DNA from: Felis catus
Lineage: Eukaryota
Length of the DNA: 64,000 nucleotides
Direction of reading: 5' to 3'
NCBI RefSeq assembly: GCF_018350175.1
Contig: NC_058383.1
Span: 23,066,001 to 23,130,000 of the forward strand
The notes under the pieces are model-generated. The model saw nothing but the letters and a program-made list of their open reading frames with translations, searched no databases and was not told the origin of the DNA. Made by a program: the position numbers and the translations under genes. How positions within the stretch are numbered: position 1 is the first letter of the stretch; each line of letters starts with the position of its first letter. This document shows positions 23,601-36,520 of this stretch, one piece after another.

Positions 23601-25439
23601 TGTGGGCGTATTTGTGGTCTGGTAAAACATTGTAATTATCTGTGAGGCTGTCCTTAACTCTTGCAATCATTCTTTCCTCTCTCATTCATTCATTCTGCAA
23701 ACATTCGTTGAGGGCCTGCTTTGCTCATAAAGGCAAGCTGAAAGCTTCAGGAATTTGCTGTAGCTGAGGAGCCCTGGGAGCACAGCCGATGAACCAGGGG
23801 ATGCTGGTGAGGCCCTAGATGGAGTGACGGTCCCCCGAACAAAAAGATCAGGTGGATTCTGGTGAACCGGCCAAGGCCTGTGGTCCTCTTGAGCAAGTCT
23901 CTCCTGTTCTGGAAACCAAAAGTGCCCTTCTTCATCTTCAGAGACATTTTACTCTTACATCCACTTTTTCAGACTGAGCTGTCTCTACGAGTTAGCGGTT
24001 GAAAATCCATTACAGAATCACTTTCCATTAGAATTTGGTCATCCACATTTGTTTGAAATAGATGTGGGGATTGGGGGGTGGGGGACAAATTGCCATCCCT
24101 CTAAATAGCTATCATGCTAAAAAGTAGGAACAGTATGTAAAGGAAGCAGTAGTGGCAGCCTTTAGGAAAAATGGAACAGAGAAGAGCTGTGAACAAAGCT
24201 CACTTATTTCAAATAAACATGTTTTTAAAAATAGATTGACATCTGATGTTACATTTCATTCTGACAAATTACTGAACAGCTGACGTTATTGTTTCCTATG
24301 TAGGTTATTAGAATTATTGGATGCTATGATAATTAGTGTTTCTGGGTTGGATTTTTGAGATAGTATGCAAATCATAAGCACAGTTTCAATAAAACACATA
24401 TTCTGTGAGGCATGTTGAACTTGTATTATTTGGAATTGAGAAGAGCAAAACTTGCTGACAAAACAGTGCCCGTATCATAAACAGAAAGAGGCTGTTCCTG
24501 CACAGACTGTCCGTCTTTACTTTCATAAAGGGTACATAATTGTTGAACCTGACTACATCTTTTGGGGGGAAATCCTATGCTTTTATTTAAATGAACACTT
24601 AGTGTTTCACACTGCCTTTTGATCAACTCTCAAAGTGTTTGTTTTGCAGCTGCAATTTGAGCGTGACCGGTCATTTCCGCACCCCCCACACCAAGTAATG
24701 AAAACAATTTTGCATGGCCTCCATCTAACCCAGAAAGCATGTTCTTACCACCTATGCAAACAACGAATACAAAATGTGGGGTACACTAAATGTGAATTTT
24801 AAAAAAGGCGATTCTTGGATTATGGAGCTCTATTTTTGAATTTGTAATTTTTTACATGTGGCTTAATCATCAATAGAGAAGAGCATGAATGTGTTTTCTT
24901 GTTTTGCTTTGCACATGTTTCTCTTTGCTGATTTTTTTTTATCGTTGGCAAGATTGTATGAAAATAAGTATTTTGCAAGCACGAGTGGAATTGGATATGT
25001 TGAACACACACGGGTTTATATACTGTATTTAGCCTGAAGACTTTCCTAAAGTATTTTGTTCTAAAAATAACCTGCCATTTTCTATAGATTTTAATTTTTT
25101 ATATCTTCTAGGGTTCTATCGTGGTCACAAGGAGAGAATGTGGCTTCTAATAGTGCTAACAATTTTAAAATGCTTTTGTAGAGACTTAGAGCTGTTTTGG
25201 AAAGCTGTGGAGCTTTGCAGCCACTGGTCACAATAAGAATAAACTCATGGAACTTATGGTAGCAGTCTACAGTGGATTAGGTTCTAGATCCATCTCACAT
25301 TCATTTAAAAACTGGTGTTTCCCAGTTTTGGAGGGAAGGGAGGTCCATTGCAGGCTTGGGAGGCCTTTTGAGTCTCATACGTGTACTTTCCCCAAGATTC
25401 TGTTAAGCCTCTTCTGAATGACTTGTCTGAGATTCTGAT

Positions 25440-25598
25440 ACCCAGCATTCACTAGAATCATCTAGAGAACTTTTAAAAATGCTTGGGTCCCACTCCCAAG
25501 CTTTTGATCTAATTAGTATAGGGGCAGGTCCCAGAAATTGCCGTACATTTTAAAGCTCTTGGGGGTTTCTGATATGTAGTCAGAACTGAGAACCACTG
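25440..25598. mobile_element. MER5-like DNA transposon relic in the 3' UTR
   Basis: tagaatcatctagagaacttttaaaaatgc...ctgatatgtagtcagaactgagaaccactg is a MER5-type end. Confidence 0.7.
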
Positions 25599-27099
25599 TG
25601 CTTACACCATCCCTATGGTGAGAATCACTGCCATGTGAAGCACTCAGGAGTGACTCAGACTCCTCTGTTTCGTTGGAGAAGAAAGGAAAAAAAGATTGAG
25701 AATTACTGATATTAACATCCTGTTTGAAATAAGGGAGCCTTTCTGATTTGAGGCCCTGTTTGGGAGCTTGGAGCATTTTGTGGGCAGCCCAGCACTTTTG
25801 CCACTCTGGTGGGATTTGGTGGTCTTTAGTTTGCTAGATGAGACAGAGTTCCCTGTGGGGTGTGCATCTTTCCCAGAGCCTTTTCCCTGGATGCCGCCAC
25901 AGGACCAGACCCACAGGGGAGTAGGGAAGTCATCCTGAGTTTAAAAATGCTGAAGCGAAGCCTTCAGTGGCTTGAAGAACCTGTCCTGATTTTGATGGAA
26001 CAATTGTTTCTGTAGTAATTACAAATAGCCGACTCCAGGCTGCCACCTAGTTTCCTAGTTAGCTCATTCTCTACTTCTCCACAGGGTAGTTTCAGAAGTG
26101 ATTTTACTTTTAAAATGACTGTAAAGCATTTTGTTTGGAGTCTTTTTTTTTTTTTTAGTAACCCCCAGTATTTATTCTTGTAATTAAAAAACAAATCAAA
26201 TAATACTCATCTAAAAATGTGGCAATAATGTTACCTATGGAGGCAAATGAAATTTACTTTTGATCTGTGGTGAGCTGCACTTACAACATCTTCAAAGTAG
26301 TCTGCTATGCTTTTTCAGGTGGTTTCATCCTGTTGAGCATTATGCTGCCTACCAAAAAAAAAAAAAAAAAAAAACAAAACGCACAATTTACCTGGTGTTT
26401 TCAACATTTCAAGGAGTGAAGATCTAAGTAGAAATCCAAATTGGAAATCATCCTTTAGAAAAGCCCCTTGAAGCAGAGTTCCCTGTCGCGACGGTGAAAA
26501 GGCAGTATGGTTTCCTAGGTGCTATTCTAAGTGGTGTGGTGTCATGACATCAAAGGGGAAGGCAGATCCAGTGTTTTCTGAAGCTCAGGTTCTCTTCTGT
26601 AGGCCTTTCGGATATGTGTTTATGTTCCCTATCGGTTTGCTCACCAACTGTGCCTCTCACCACTGGTTAAAATCGAATTCAAGCCCCATTACCAAAATCG
26701 TTTCTTCATTGAACTCCTCAGTGTCACACTGGAATTTGTGTAGTTGTCTCACAAGCTGCATGTCCTGTCACTGTACACGCAATGCTTTGGTATTGTTCAT
26801 GCACCATTCGTAGTGATTCCTGTATGATTTTCTTGTTTTGTTGTACGGTAATAATGGAAGGCAGGATGTCTTTCCTTGAGGCCGAAGAAAAGTGTGTCAT
26901 TTTAAATTATTTTAGAACAAGTGCATGAGATGTGTCACTGACTTCTGTTATTTATTTGTATGTTTTATTATTCCAGGTGTATGCACTTTTAAAAAGCAAA
27001 ATTTATATTTTTATGTTTAAAACGTTTTATTTCTGGAACAGCAGTTGATTATATAGTATACAGTTGGAATTAAGACAAAAGTGGAAAATGTAACAATAT

Positions 27100-27105
27100 A
27101 ATAAA
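27100..27105 (+). terminator. Probable distal polyadenylation signal AATAAA of USP31
   Basis: Canonical hexamer preceded by TGTA (27089) and U-rich tracts, and followed by pyrimidine/U-rich sequence. Confidence 0.7.
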
Positions 27106-29119
27106 TTTATTACATGATGCCCTCTTTAAGCCATATTCCTCTTTCTCCCCCTTACCAACATGTATCTTTTTGGTATTGACTAGCCTTGAAAATTAAGCAG
27201 AAATTATCTTTGTACCACACTTATCTCTACAAAACTCTTTAGAACCGTAGTGTTAAATGGAAAAAAGCAAGTTAACAGAAGGATATAGATACTCTATATG
27301 TAAAATTTTAAAACAAAAAAATCACATCTATGCTTAATTTAATTTTCACAGATGGGGATTATTATTCCCACTTTTCCAAGAGGCAGATGTCCTCGGCCAT
27401 GGGGCCGAGCAAGAACTCACAGTCTGGCTTAATTCCAGTGAAGGAGCCATTCTTTTCTGTGCCCTCTCTTGTGCCCGGATAACCTCCTTTTTAACTGTCT
27501 TGTTCTGACAAAATGTTCTCCACGGTCTTTACCTCCCCTTAGGACAGGACTCCCTGTTGAGGATGTCACATTACTTATGACCACTTGGGGGCACCAAAGA
27601 TCACCATCATGAAATGGAATTTAAAAGTCTAGTGCGTGTGTGTTCTATGCCTGACTGTTGAAATGCTTATTCATTATGAATTGAGTGCATTTTCAGTGAG
27701 CAGGGGTTTCAGTTTATATGAGTACCTTACCAGCCATCATTTTTCCTGGAAACTATTAAATGGAGGTCATAGAGGAGATCTTGTTTTCTAAAGCACAGCA
27801 TGATGATTTAGGGATAGGGCAGGGAAACCTTTCCTAATCCAGGACACATGTGAACCACATGCCCTAAAACCGAGGTGCAGCACTTACAAACCTCTCTAAT
27901 TTTGAATAGTAAAGTTTTGCTTTAGGTTCTCTAAAGAGTTTAACCATGTAGTACACTGATTGATTATTCAGGAAGCTTCATTATGCCTGAAAGTATTTGC
28001 ATGTCGTGAAATACATAGATTTAATAGTTCTGCAGATATTTAAGGATCATTTTGTCTCCATAGAATTTGGAAGATTATTTTTAAAAATTTGAATGATTAG
28101 ATCTCCCTGTACACCTTTCTGTCCTCTGTCAGTCTTCCCGGAAAAAGCCAAAGGCATATAAAGCCCTGGGCCCTGGACCACATGTTTCTGTATGCCCAGG
28201 GAGTGATTCTAGGCCACTGTAACTCTGCAGGATGTGGCTTAGGCCTGTTCCCCACCCTCAGTGTCCCTTTTCTCTTTCTGAGGCATGCTCCTGCATTCTC
28301 CCAAGTGAAGGTTTTGGTTTTCCTTTTTGTAGACCTGGGTCTCAGCCATCTCCACCCAGGTCACCTGGGAGATCACCTCTCTCTGGGTGGGTTGGGTGTA
28401 TCTCATTTAGAACCCTCTGGAATTCAGTCTTGATTTGGTCTGGTCTTAGCCATGTTTCTCATCCCCTGTCAACACTTGCTACTTGGAGAGAGGACCAGGG
28501 CTGTCTCCCAGAGTGATAGGTTTTTGCACCACGTCATATGGCCTGATGGCCTGGCACCTCATTTCTTAATGAACGTTCAGAGATGTGATGTTAATTTGAC
28601 TTGCTCTTTGTATTTCTAACAGCTTAGTTTTTCTTGAAGTGAGAAGGTGATGTGAGTGAAACCAGGCTCTCCTGCACTTCACCTCTGCTTTGGAAGAATC
28701 CACAGAGGCCCACAGCATACAGATCGAGTTCCCAAGACTCAGGGACCGTGTTGGATTCGTCATCCCTTTAGAGAGTGGGGAAGGGAAGGCACATGTGGAG
28801 ATAGTGCAGGGTGGCTGAGGATGGGCGGCGCCAGCTCCGGGGTTTCAAATCCATATAAGGCTGTGGTGGGAAGAGTGCCCCTTCACTGTGGCACTCAAAA
28901 TTGAAGTCCTGATTCCTTCAGTTAGCAGTGCTTCCTGTGTGCCCAAATGCTGAGGGAATGAGCCCTGTGGGCACCTCCGAGACAAGCCTTCTAGGCAGAA
29001 TTCCAGGAAGTGGGCTGGAAGAGGGATGAGAACATGGCGATGCCTTGAGAGAAGAGCAATGAGTAAATGGTGTGGCGGGTAAGCACTGAAATGTTAATTA
29101 TCCGTAACCAACTTGACCC

Positions 29120-29620
29120 CCTGACTATCTCATCTCTTTCATGGCTCTACTGAGATGTCACCTTCTCCGTGAGGCCTTCCCTGACCACCGTTTTAAGACA
29201 TTGCAACCTGCTTCATGTTCTCTCCCTCCTCCCTACTTTATTTTCTTCATGTAACTTGTCACCAACTACCAAGGTCTATGTGCAGTCTATCTGCAACATC
29301 GCCTACAATATATATGCAACATCAGTCTATCTGCAGTACATATGCAACATATAGTCCATCTGCAACATAAAATGTATTCAGTATATTTGTAATATTTGGT
29401 CTATATGCAATGGTATATATGCTACATCAGTCTATAAACAATAAATATGCAATGTATAGTCTGTATGCAGTCTATGTGCAATATATATGCAACATAGAAC
29501 CTGTACGCATGTATATATGCTCAGCTCTGTGGTTTGCTTACCTGTTTTGTTCACTGCTCTTTTCCTGGTACCTGACAGAGTGCCAGGCATATAGTAGTGA
29601 GTATCCAAATTAATGGATTT
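29120..29620 (+). mobile_element. L2 3' fragment with an internal degenerate minisatellite (29270-29520)
   Basis: atgtcaccttctccgtgaggccttccctgaccacc and cagagtgccaggcatatagtag flank a TATG/CAAC-rich array. Confidence 0.65.
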
Positions 29621-29629
29621 GTTTGAGTA

Positions 29630-29790
29630 ATCCACTTAACCATTCTGAGTCCCCTTCCTATCTGGAAGATGAAGAACAGTACCTTGTCATGGAGTTGTGA
29701 GGGTTAAATAGGAAGATTCCCCATAGAGTCCAGGACAGTGCCTGGCACTGAAAAAGCCCTCAGGGAATAAGTGCCGTTCCTACATTATAA
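29630..29790 (+). mobile_element. MIR fragment
   Basis: cacttaaccattctgag...gttgtgagggttaaat...cagtgcctggcac. Confidence 0.6.
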
Positions 29791-30399
29791 TAACAATAGG
29801 GATGGAGAGAGGGACTGAGCCTAAAGGGAGCTTTACAGAGGAGGGGTCATGGGAACAAAGCTCACACATTGTTGACTGGGGAAACTGCTTATAGTTTCCA
29901 AAAACCCCAGGAATCCAATTTTCCTGGAATGTCGGGCAAAAAGGCAGGAAGCAGTAGATGGAGGGGGAAGGGAGGCTGGCAGAGGCCTCATCTAGAAGGA
30001 CCTTTATTGACCTACTACGTTTGTCGTGAAGCAAATGAGAATTCAGGAGAAATTTTTAATTTAGGAGAAGGATGAGATCCAGTTTGTGCCTTAGCACGGT
30101 CACCATGGCAACGATGTAGCATCAGCGAGCCTGGGTTAGGAGCTTGTTGCAGGAATCTGGGTGCAGTCTGTGGAACACTGATCTAAAACAGTGTTGGGTG
30201 GAGGGGGGCCCGGGGGGGGGGGGGCTTTTGGAGGGGGGTGACGTGCTCAGGTCCCAGAGGCAGGCTGCTAGGTTTGAATGACTCCCTAGCTGGACAGCTT
30301 TTGGCAGATTATTTAACTTCTCTGTGCCTCAAATTCTTCACCTGTAAAATGGGGCTGATAGTGCCTACATGATCATTGGAAGGCTTAACTGGGATGACT

Positions 30400-31290
30400 G
30401 GTTTATTTACATTTAATGCATTACATTAATTATAAGTGGATTTTATTTTATCTACTATCTTACTATTCTTTTGATGTTTGTCCCACCTGTTTTATATCTT
30501 TTTCTCTTCTTCCTTGCCTTTTAGATCAGTCAAGTATTTTTTAATTTCCAGTTTTTCGCCTCTGCTATTATTCATCCTTTTACTCTTTCTTTTTTTTAGT
30601 GGTTATCCTTGTGATATCAGCATGCATTCCTGATTTATAAGAGTCTGAGAAAGCTTTGTAATTTTCACCCTTCAGAGTCTTAGAACACTTTGATTCCATT
30701 TTACCCTTTCTACCATTTTTTATTGGTGACTGTGCATTCCAATTCCATGTGTATTTAACATAAATAGATATATAACTCCCGTAACTAACATCGCTACTAA
30801 CGTAAAAGCCGGTGTTCATTTAGATGTACCAGCACGCTCACTTTCCATTGCTGGTTGTCACCTCCTGCATTTCAGTGTGTTTCCTGTAATCATTTTCCTT
30901 CTGCTTGAAGAATTCATTTTGGTTTCTTTCTCCCCGCCCCCCCCCCCAACCTGTGCTAATGATGCACTCTCTTATTTTCTGTTTGATTGGCAATGTCTTT
31001 ATTTTGTCTCTACTTTTTGGAAGGTATTTTCACTGGGAATAGAATTCTAGGTTGGCAGTTCTTTCCTTTTCATTCTGTGGTATTCTGCTGTTATTATTTC
31101 TGTTGATAGATTAGTTATTAATGTCATGGTTGTCCCTTTGAAGGTGTGTTGTTTGTTTTTCTCCTAAATGCTTTGAAGATGCTTCTCTTTGTTTTCCATT
31201 AGTTTCATTTTTAAATTTGTTTTTATACTGTACTTTGTGAATCAGACTTGGAAACTTTTTAGCCATTATCTCTTTAAATGTTGCTTTGGA
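30400..31290 (-). mobile_element. Ancient L1 fragments (antisense)
   Basis: ttttcactgggaatagaattctaggttggcagtt and ttggaaactttttagccattatctctttaaat are typical antisense L1M ORF1-region strings. Confidence 0.7.
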
Positions 31291-32044
31291 TCCCTCTTCC
31301 CATCCCATCCTAGGACTCAGTCAATGGCATTACCATCCACCCCAGCTGCTCAGTCCAGACCAGTGATCCATCCTTGACTCTGGTTTTTCTCTCAGCCCCC
31401 CATCCTTACATCAGCTCCATTCACAAGCCCTGTCCTGATCCACTTCCACAATTATGTCCTAAATCTGTCTGCTTCTCCAACCCCATTTTATATCATTCTT
31501 TCTTCACTTCCAGGCACAGAAGCCACCTGTTAATGTCTTGAACACAGGGTCTTGACACACCTGCCATTTCCTCTCAGGAATGCTCTTCCTTCAGACATTC
31601 ATACAAGTCCTTTTTTCTCCTAGTGGAGCTCAGGAAGCCCTCCTTGGACCCCTGTTGCCCTCTTTATCTCATTACCCTATTTGTTTTTCACAGGCTCTGT
31701 TATTTCAACTTTACACATATATAGACTGAGGCTCAGAGGGAATAAATAGATCACACAGGTAATGAGTGGTAGATCTTGGAGGTGAATTGGGCCTATTAAA
31801 GCTTGCATTCTTTTTTTTCACATTATTACTCCCAATACCTTACATGATAGTAAGGGAATTGAATAATCAACATACAGAACCGCATTTAACAATACAGTTA
31901 CTAGAAGGAGAATCCTTTCTAGATTGTATAAAGTCCTTTTCTTTGTAATCTCTGAGTAATTTTTATTATATAAATTCAGGAAGTGAGGAAGTTTTGCTTT
32001 TTGGTAACAGAATTTAAGGGAACCTCCTTGACTCAATTTTTTCT

Positions 32045-32725
32045 TTTTTTTTGAAACCATAAAGTAATCATTTTAGACTTAGAGAAAAGTTGCAAAAAAA
32101 AGTTCAAAGAATTCCTATATACTCTTCACCTACTGTTAGCATAATGTGTAACCACGTACAGTGTTCTAAACCAGAGATTAACATTAGTATAATACAATTA
32201 ACTGAATTACAGACTTTATCTGGGTTTCACCAGTTTTTCCACTTCTGTCCAGCCTCAGGTCCCACAGTGGTCTTAATTGTCATGTCTCCTTGGTTCCTCT
32301 GATCTGTGACAGCTCTTAGTCTTTTATGACCTTGACAATTTTGAAGAGAACTGGCCAGTTATGTAGAATGTCCCTGCATTTGGATTTCTATTGTGCATAG
32401 TCACAATTAGATTGAGACTTTGCGGGGCTTTTTTGGCAAGAATGTCACAAAAGAAATATGCCCTTCTCAGTGCATCGTAGGGAGTACTTGATATTGATGA
32501 GTCATTACCGGCGTTATCAGAACTTTGGTCACTTGGTCAAGGTGATGTTTTCAGGTTTCTCCACTGTAAAATTACTAATTTTCCCTGTGTACTTAATAAA
32601 TGTCTTGGGAGAGATACTAGTAAACCAGGCAACTATCTCCTTAGACTTTGGCCAACTCTCCAAACTTTAGCATCTGTCGGTGGATCTTGCCTGCGACAAT
32701 TTTTATTACTGTGGTGTTCTAATGG
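32045..32725 (-). mobile_element. Old L1 (L1MC-like) 3' end
   Basis: ttttagacttagagaaaagttgcaaaa...ctttggtcacttggtcaaggtgatg...ctccactgtaaaattact. Confidence 0.75.
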
Positions 32726-35104
32726 CAAAAGAAAGGCATTTTAAAAACCCAATTTCATAAGAAGTCCCTAAGCAGGGCAGGTACAGGGGGTTGGATCAAC
32801 ACCTCATTGGTGTCATAAAGGACCAAGGTTCTTGTGCCGTCTGCCATTCTCAGCGTGGTGGCCTTCATCCCCAGATCTGGCCTTTAATAAGCATAAACTT
32901 GTCAAGCAGAGGCTTGACAACATCCAGTTAAAGAAGGTGGGACCTCTCTCTACCTAGGTCTCTTGACCAGTAAGAATGTTTCCCAGAGACCATTCCCAGG
33001 CCCCTCTAAAAATCCTTTCCTTCTGTTGACTAGGATCTTGGTTACCTGCCTATGACCAAGTTGCAGGAAAATTGAAGGAGGTGTCTGAGATTTCTCGCCA
33101 GTGTCTGGGAGGGTACATGGGTGGGCTCTGGCAGAGAAGAGGCCTGGGGGAGTGAGTGTGGGGAGGCAGCCCAGCCCCGGAGGCAATGCCTTGCAACAGA
33201 ATCTTTGGAAATCTCAGTAAATATTTGTGGAATGAATGAGGTTCTTTGTCTCTTGCCCGGAGACATAATCAGCCATTACCTGGAGGCATTAGAGCTCTTG
33301 CCTGTGGAATCAGAGAGTGACTTAGAGAGTGAATCAGGGCGACAGTGAGGATATCTTGGCAGGATGGCAGAATGACAAATGTGGGTCCCTGTTTGGGGAA
33401 TTCCCAGCTTTGCAACATCCTTAGCTTTCTTGTGCCTTGGTCTCCAGCAGGATGACGCATCTCTGGCCCTGTTCCCTCTCAAAAGCCTGGAGAGACCTTA
33501 CAGATGCACTTTTGAGGGAGGACAGAGAAACCTGTCTGCTGTTCCACCTCCCTCTACTCAAAAGGCTCTCCGGAGGCAAAGGGACACTGAAAGGAGGTCC
33601 CTGCCCCTAACACTCAGGCGTCTGGCTCTGGGGGCCTTGGGCGCAGCCTGGTAGCTTGTTTGGTAAATAATGACATCGTTATAAATATTTAATAAGTCAA
33701 GGGACTGCAGCACATGCAAAATTGATGAGGTCCCTGTGTGGGAAATGCGGGCTTTTCTCTGTGCGTGTGCTCTGGAGGACGCAGTTAGAGGCTGACGTCT
33801 GCTCAGGCTGACACCTGTATTTGTGGTAGGGCTGATGAATGGCCGGAGAAATATCCGCCATGTTCAGGAAGCATCGATCCATCATGCTGGAGTTTCGGCT
33901 GAGGGAGGAATTCACGGCCATCAATATTCTCCGTGTTTATTAAGCACCGCATGCTGCGGGAGGCAGTGAGTCCTGCACCGGTCCTGGGAGCAGCGCCTCC
34001 AGAAAGGGCACGGTGGCTCCTTGATGAATGACTTTAATAAGAAGCAGCTTGGAAGCACCTTCAAGTAAGAAACTAATAACAATAATTAGATGTTTCTTAA
34101 TCACTTATTTATTTTATAATTTATGCCCTGCCTGCTTCTGGAAAAGGAATGGAAGTGGCTTGCAATTAAAACACATCTACCCAGGATGGTTCAAATGAAG
34201 ATAAACACGAGATCAGAAACTGTATTGAGGGAGTGGATTTTTCTTAATCAACTTTCCTGCTACCCACCGAGAATATTGTATCCCCTCTCCTCAGCAGTCA
34301 CCTTTTGCTCCGCGGAGCCACGGGATGTAGCAAATGTAAAGCAGCGGCTGGAGGTGTCCTGGGGACAGGAGGATGAGGCGGGAGCACGATGTGACCCGTA
34401 GTCTCGGCATCTCGGCACTGGGCTCCCAGCCACATTTGCATTTCATTTATCATCGCTCCAAACAAATCTGTGTCTGTGGCAGGGTGGCATGAAAAATTAA
34501 TGCCCCTGTGTCAGGCAGAGCTTGTCAGAGTGACAGTGCAGAAAGGAAATAACAAAGGGGCGACATGTGTGGCACTTTCTACTTAACAACCACTCTCATG
34601 TTCCCTGAACGCCTTCTCCTAAGCCTGTGGGGTCGGGCTAATGGGGCTTCAGCAGCCAGAGCCTCCCTGCGAGCTGAGGACAGAAAGCCAGTCTCTACGC
34701 AGTAGCTCAGGCCGTGTGTCTGGCATGTGCTGTCTCCTTCTCACCCCCATGGGAGCAGAAGTAGCTGTGGTCAGAGCTGGGTGACCAGTTTCCCAGGCTT
34801 TGCTGAGCCCCCCTGGGCTCACAGAAGCAGAAAGAAGGCAGCCCCCCAGAGGATTCTCAGAAAGCAGGCTAGGGCAGAGAGATGTTAGACAGGCTCCAGG
34901 GTGGGATTACGTGGGGGACAGGTGTGCAAGAGGACAGGGAGGGGAGGTTCCAATGTGTGATGCCTCCGAACCTGTGTGAGAGAGATAGATGTTTTCCCGC
35001 ATGTGTAGATGCTCCACAGATGTTGGCCCACTCCGAATCTCACGTTGGCTTCTTTCTGACCTGTGGTCATAGTGGTGGGAAGAGCCACCTCCTTCCTGCA
35101 GTAG

Positions 35105-35240
35105 GGATGGTCTAATGGAGCAGTTTTGAAATCATGGATTCTGGAGCCAGACTGCCTGGGTTCAAGTCCCAGCTTTACCGCTTCCTAAAACTTTGAGGCC
35201 TTGAGTACATTTTTAAACATTTTTTGTGTCTCGGTGTCAC
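35105..35240 (+). mobile_element. MIR fragment
   Basis: ggattctggagccagactgcctgggttcaagtcccagctttacc. Confidence 0.7.
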
Positions 35241-36329
35241 ATATATACCTAGAAAGAAGTCTGGTGCTTGGTGTTAATTGGGTTAGTGATGATTATTTCC
35301 CTGACCTTCATCCAAGGTGAGTGGTCAGGGAAGGGCATGGAACTCCCTGACCTAGCCTTGAGCCACATCAAAAAGGTCATGTGGCTGGAGCTGTGGAGCG
35401 AGCATTAGGAGCTTGTTGATTTGTTGAATGGCCTTGGGAAAATGTACATCCTCTTCTGTCTGGTTGACCCACCAAAAAAAAAAAAAAAAAAGAAAAAAGA
35501 AAAAAGAAATCCCTCTCACCTTACTTCCCCACCAAGCATGAGTATAAATGTGATTTTAGGGTTATTAGATGAAGCACTCTGACCCCAGCTGGGGGTGAGC
35601 ACGGCACTGTCTTCTTACGAAGGAGAAAGGAACAAAGCTTTCCTGCCCTCTGTGGAAATTTAGTAATAATCTTCAAGCACTGGATCTCTTTACTCATTGC
35701 ACATTAGAATCCCCTAGGGAGTTTTTAAAAAAGCATTCCTGAAGTCTGAAAGCCTCACATAGAGATTCTGATTGATCTGAAGTGAAGCCTGGGTAGCAGT
35801 GTGTTTTTGTGGCTCCCTACAACACATTTACCTGTTGAACTAGTGAGGAGGTGATGAGTGAGTCCAGAGAATCTGCAGGAGGAAGGTGTGTGCACCTCTG
35901 CCCTAAGGGCTATGACATGGTTTTGTACAGAATGACAGATAAGGCAAAAATTGTGAAGGTGGTTCCAAAATGTCTGGAGTTTGGACAGACTCTGAGGTAG
36001 ATCATTCACTGTTGGTTTGGGGCTAGCTGGGCCATCAGGTCTCCTGCTCTCGCCCGTGAAATAGAAACTTTTGCCAACACTTAGGCAAGTGTTAGGAGGC
36101 ATTGAGAAGTGAGTTTATTTCCCTGGGTTAATGTGCATGTTCTCTGCAAGACAAACTGGCAATTGTCCTCAGTTCTATTCTTGACCCTGCGAGAGGCCGC
36201 ATTTCCCAGCCTGCCTGTAGATAGGTGTGGTCCTCCGACTAAATTCTGGCCAGGAGGGTGTAAGAGGACGGGATACATGCAACTTTTGGATCACATCTTT
36301 TAAAAGGAAGCAGGTTGACCTCCTGCTCC

Positions 36330-36520
36330 TCTCTTTCCCCTTCCTGTCGGCTGGGAAATGGTGGCTCCTGCAGCAGAACCGAAGCCACACGTGAGGGAGG
36401 GCAGTGCAGTCCAGCGGCTCTGGACTACGGTGTGAGAGAGAAGAAAAGCCTGTTATTTTATTGAAGTCACCTCATTGTTAAGTGTTTGTTTCAGTGGCAT
36501 AGCCTCCACTCTAACTAGCG
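36330..36520 (+). mobile_element. MLT1 (MaLR) LTR 3' fragment
   Basis: gtgagagagaagaaaagcctgtt...aagtcac...tttgtttcagtggcatagcct...ctaactag resembles an MLT1 end. Confidence 0.55.

Larger units (their letters stand above)
20492..27125 (+). other. USP31: Long (~6.6 kb) 3' UTR of USP31
   Basis: Repeat-poor, U-rich sequence running from the stop codon to AATAAA at 27100-27105. Repeat fragments resume shortly after. The end position is inferred. Confidence 0.7.

Noticed and set aside
33971..33997. REST/RE1-like half-sites (tcctgcacc...gagcagcgcc)
   Set aside because: Both halves are mismatched and the spacing is non-canonical.
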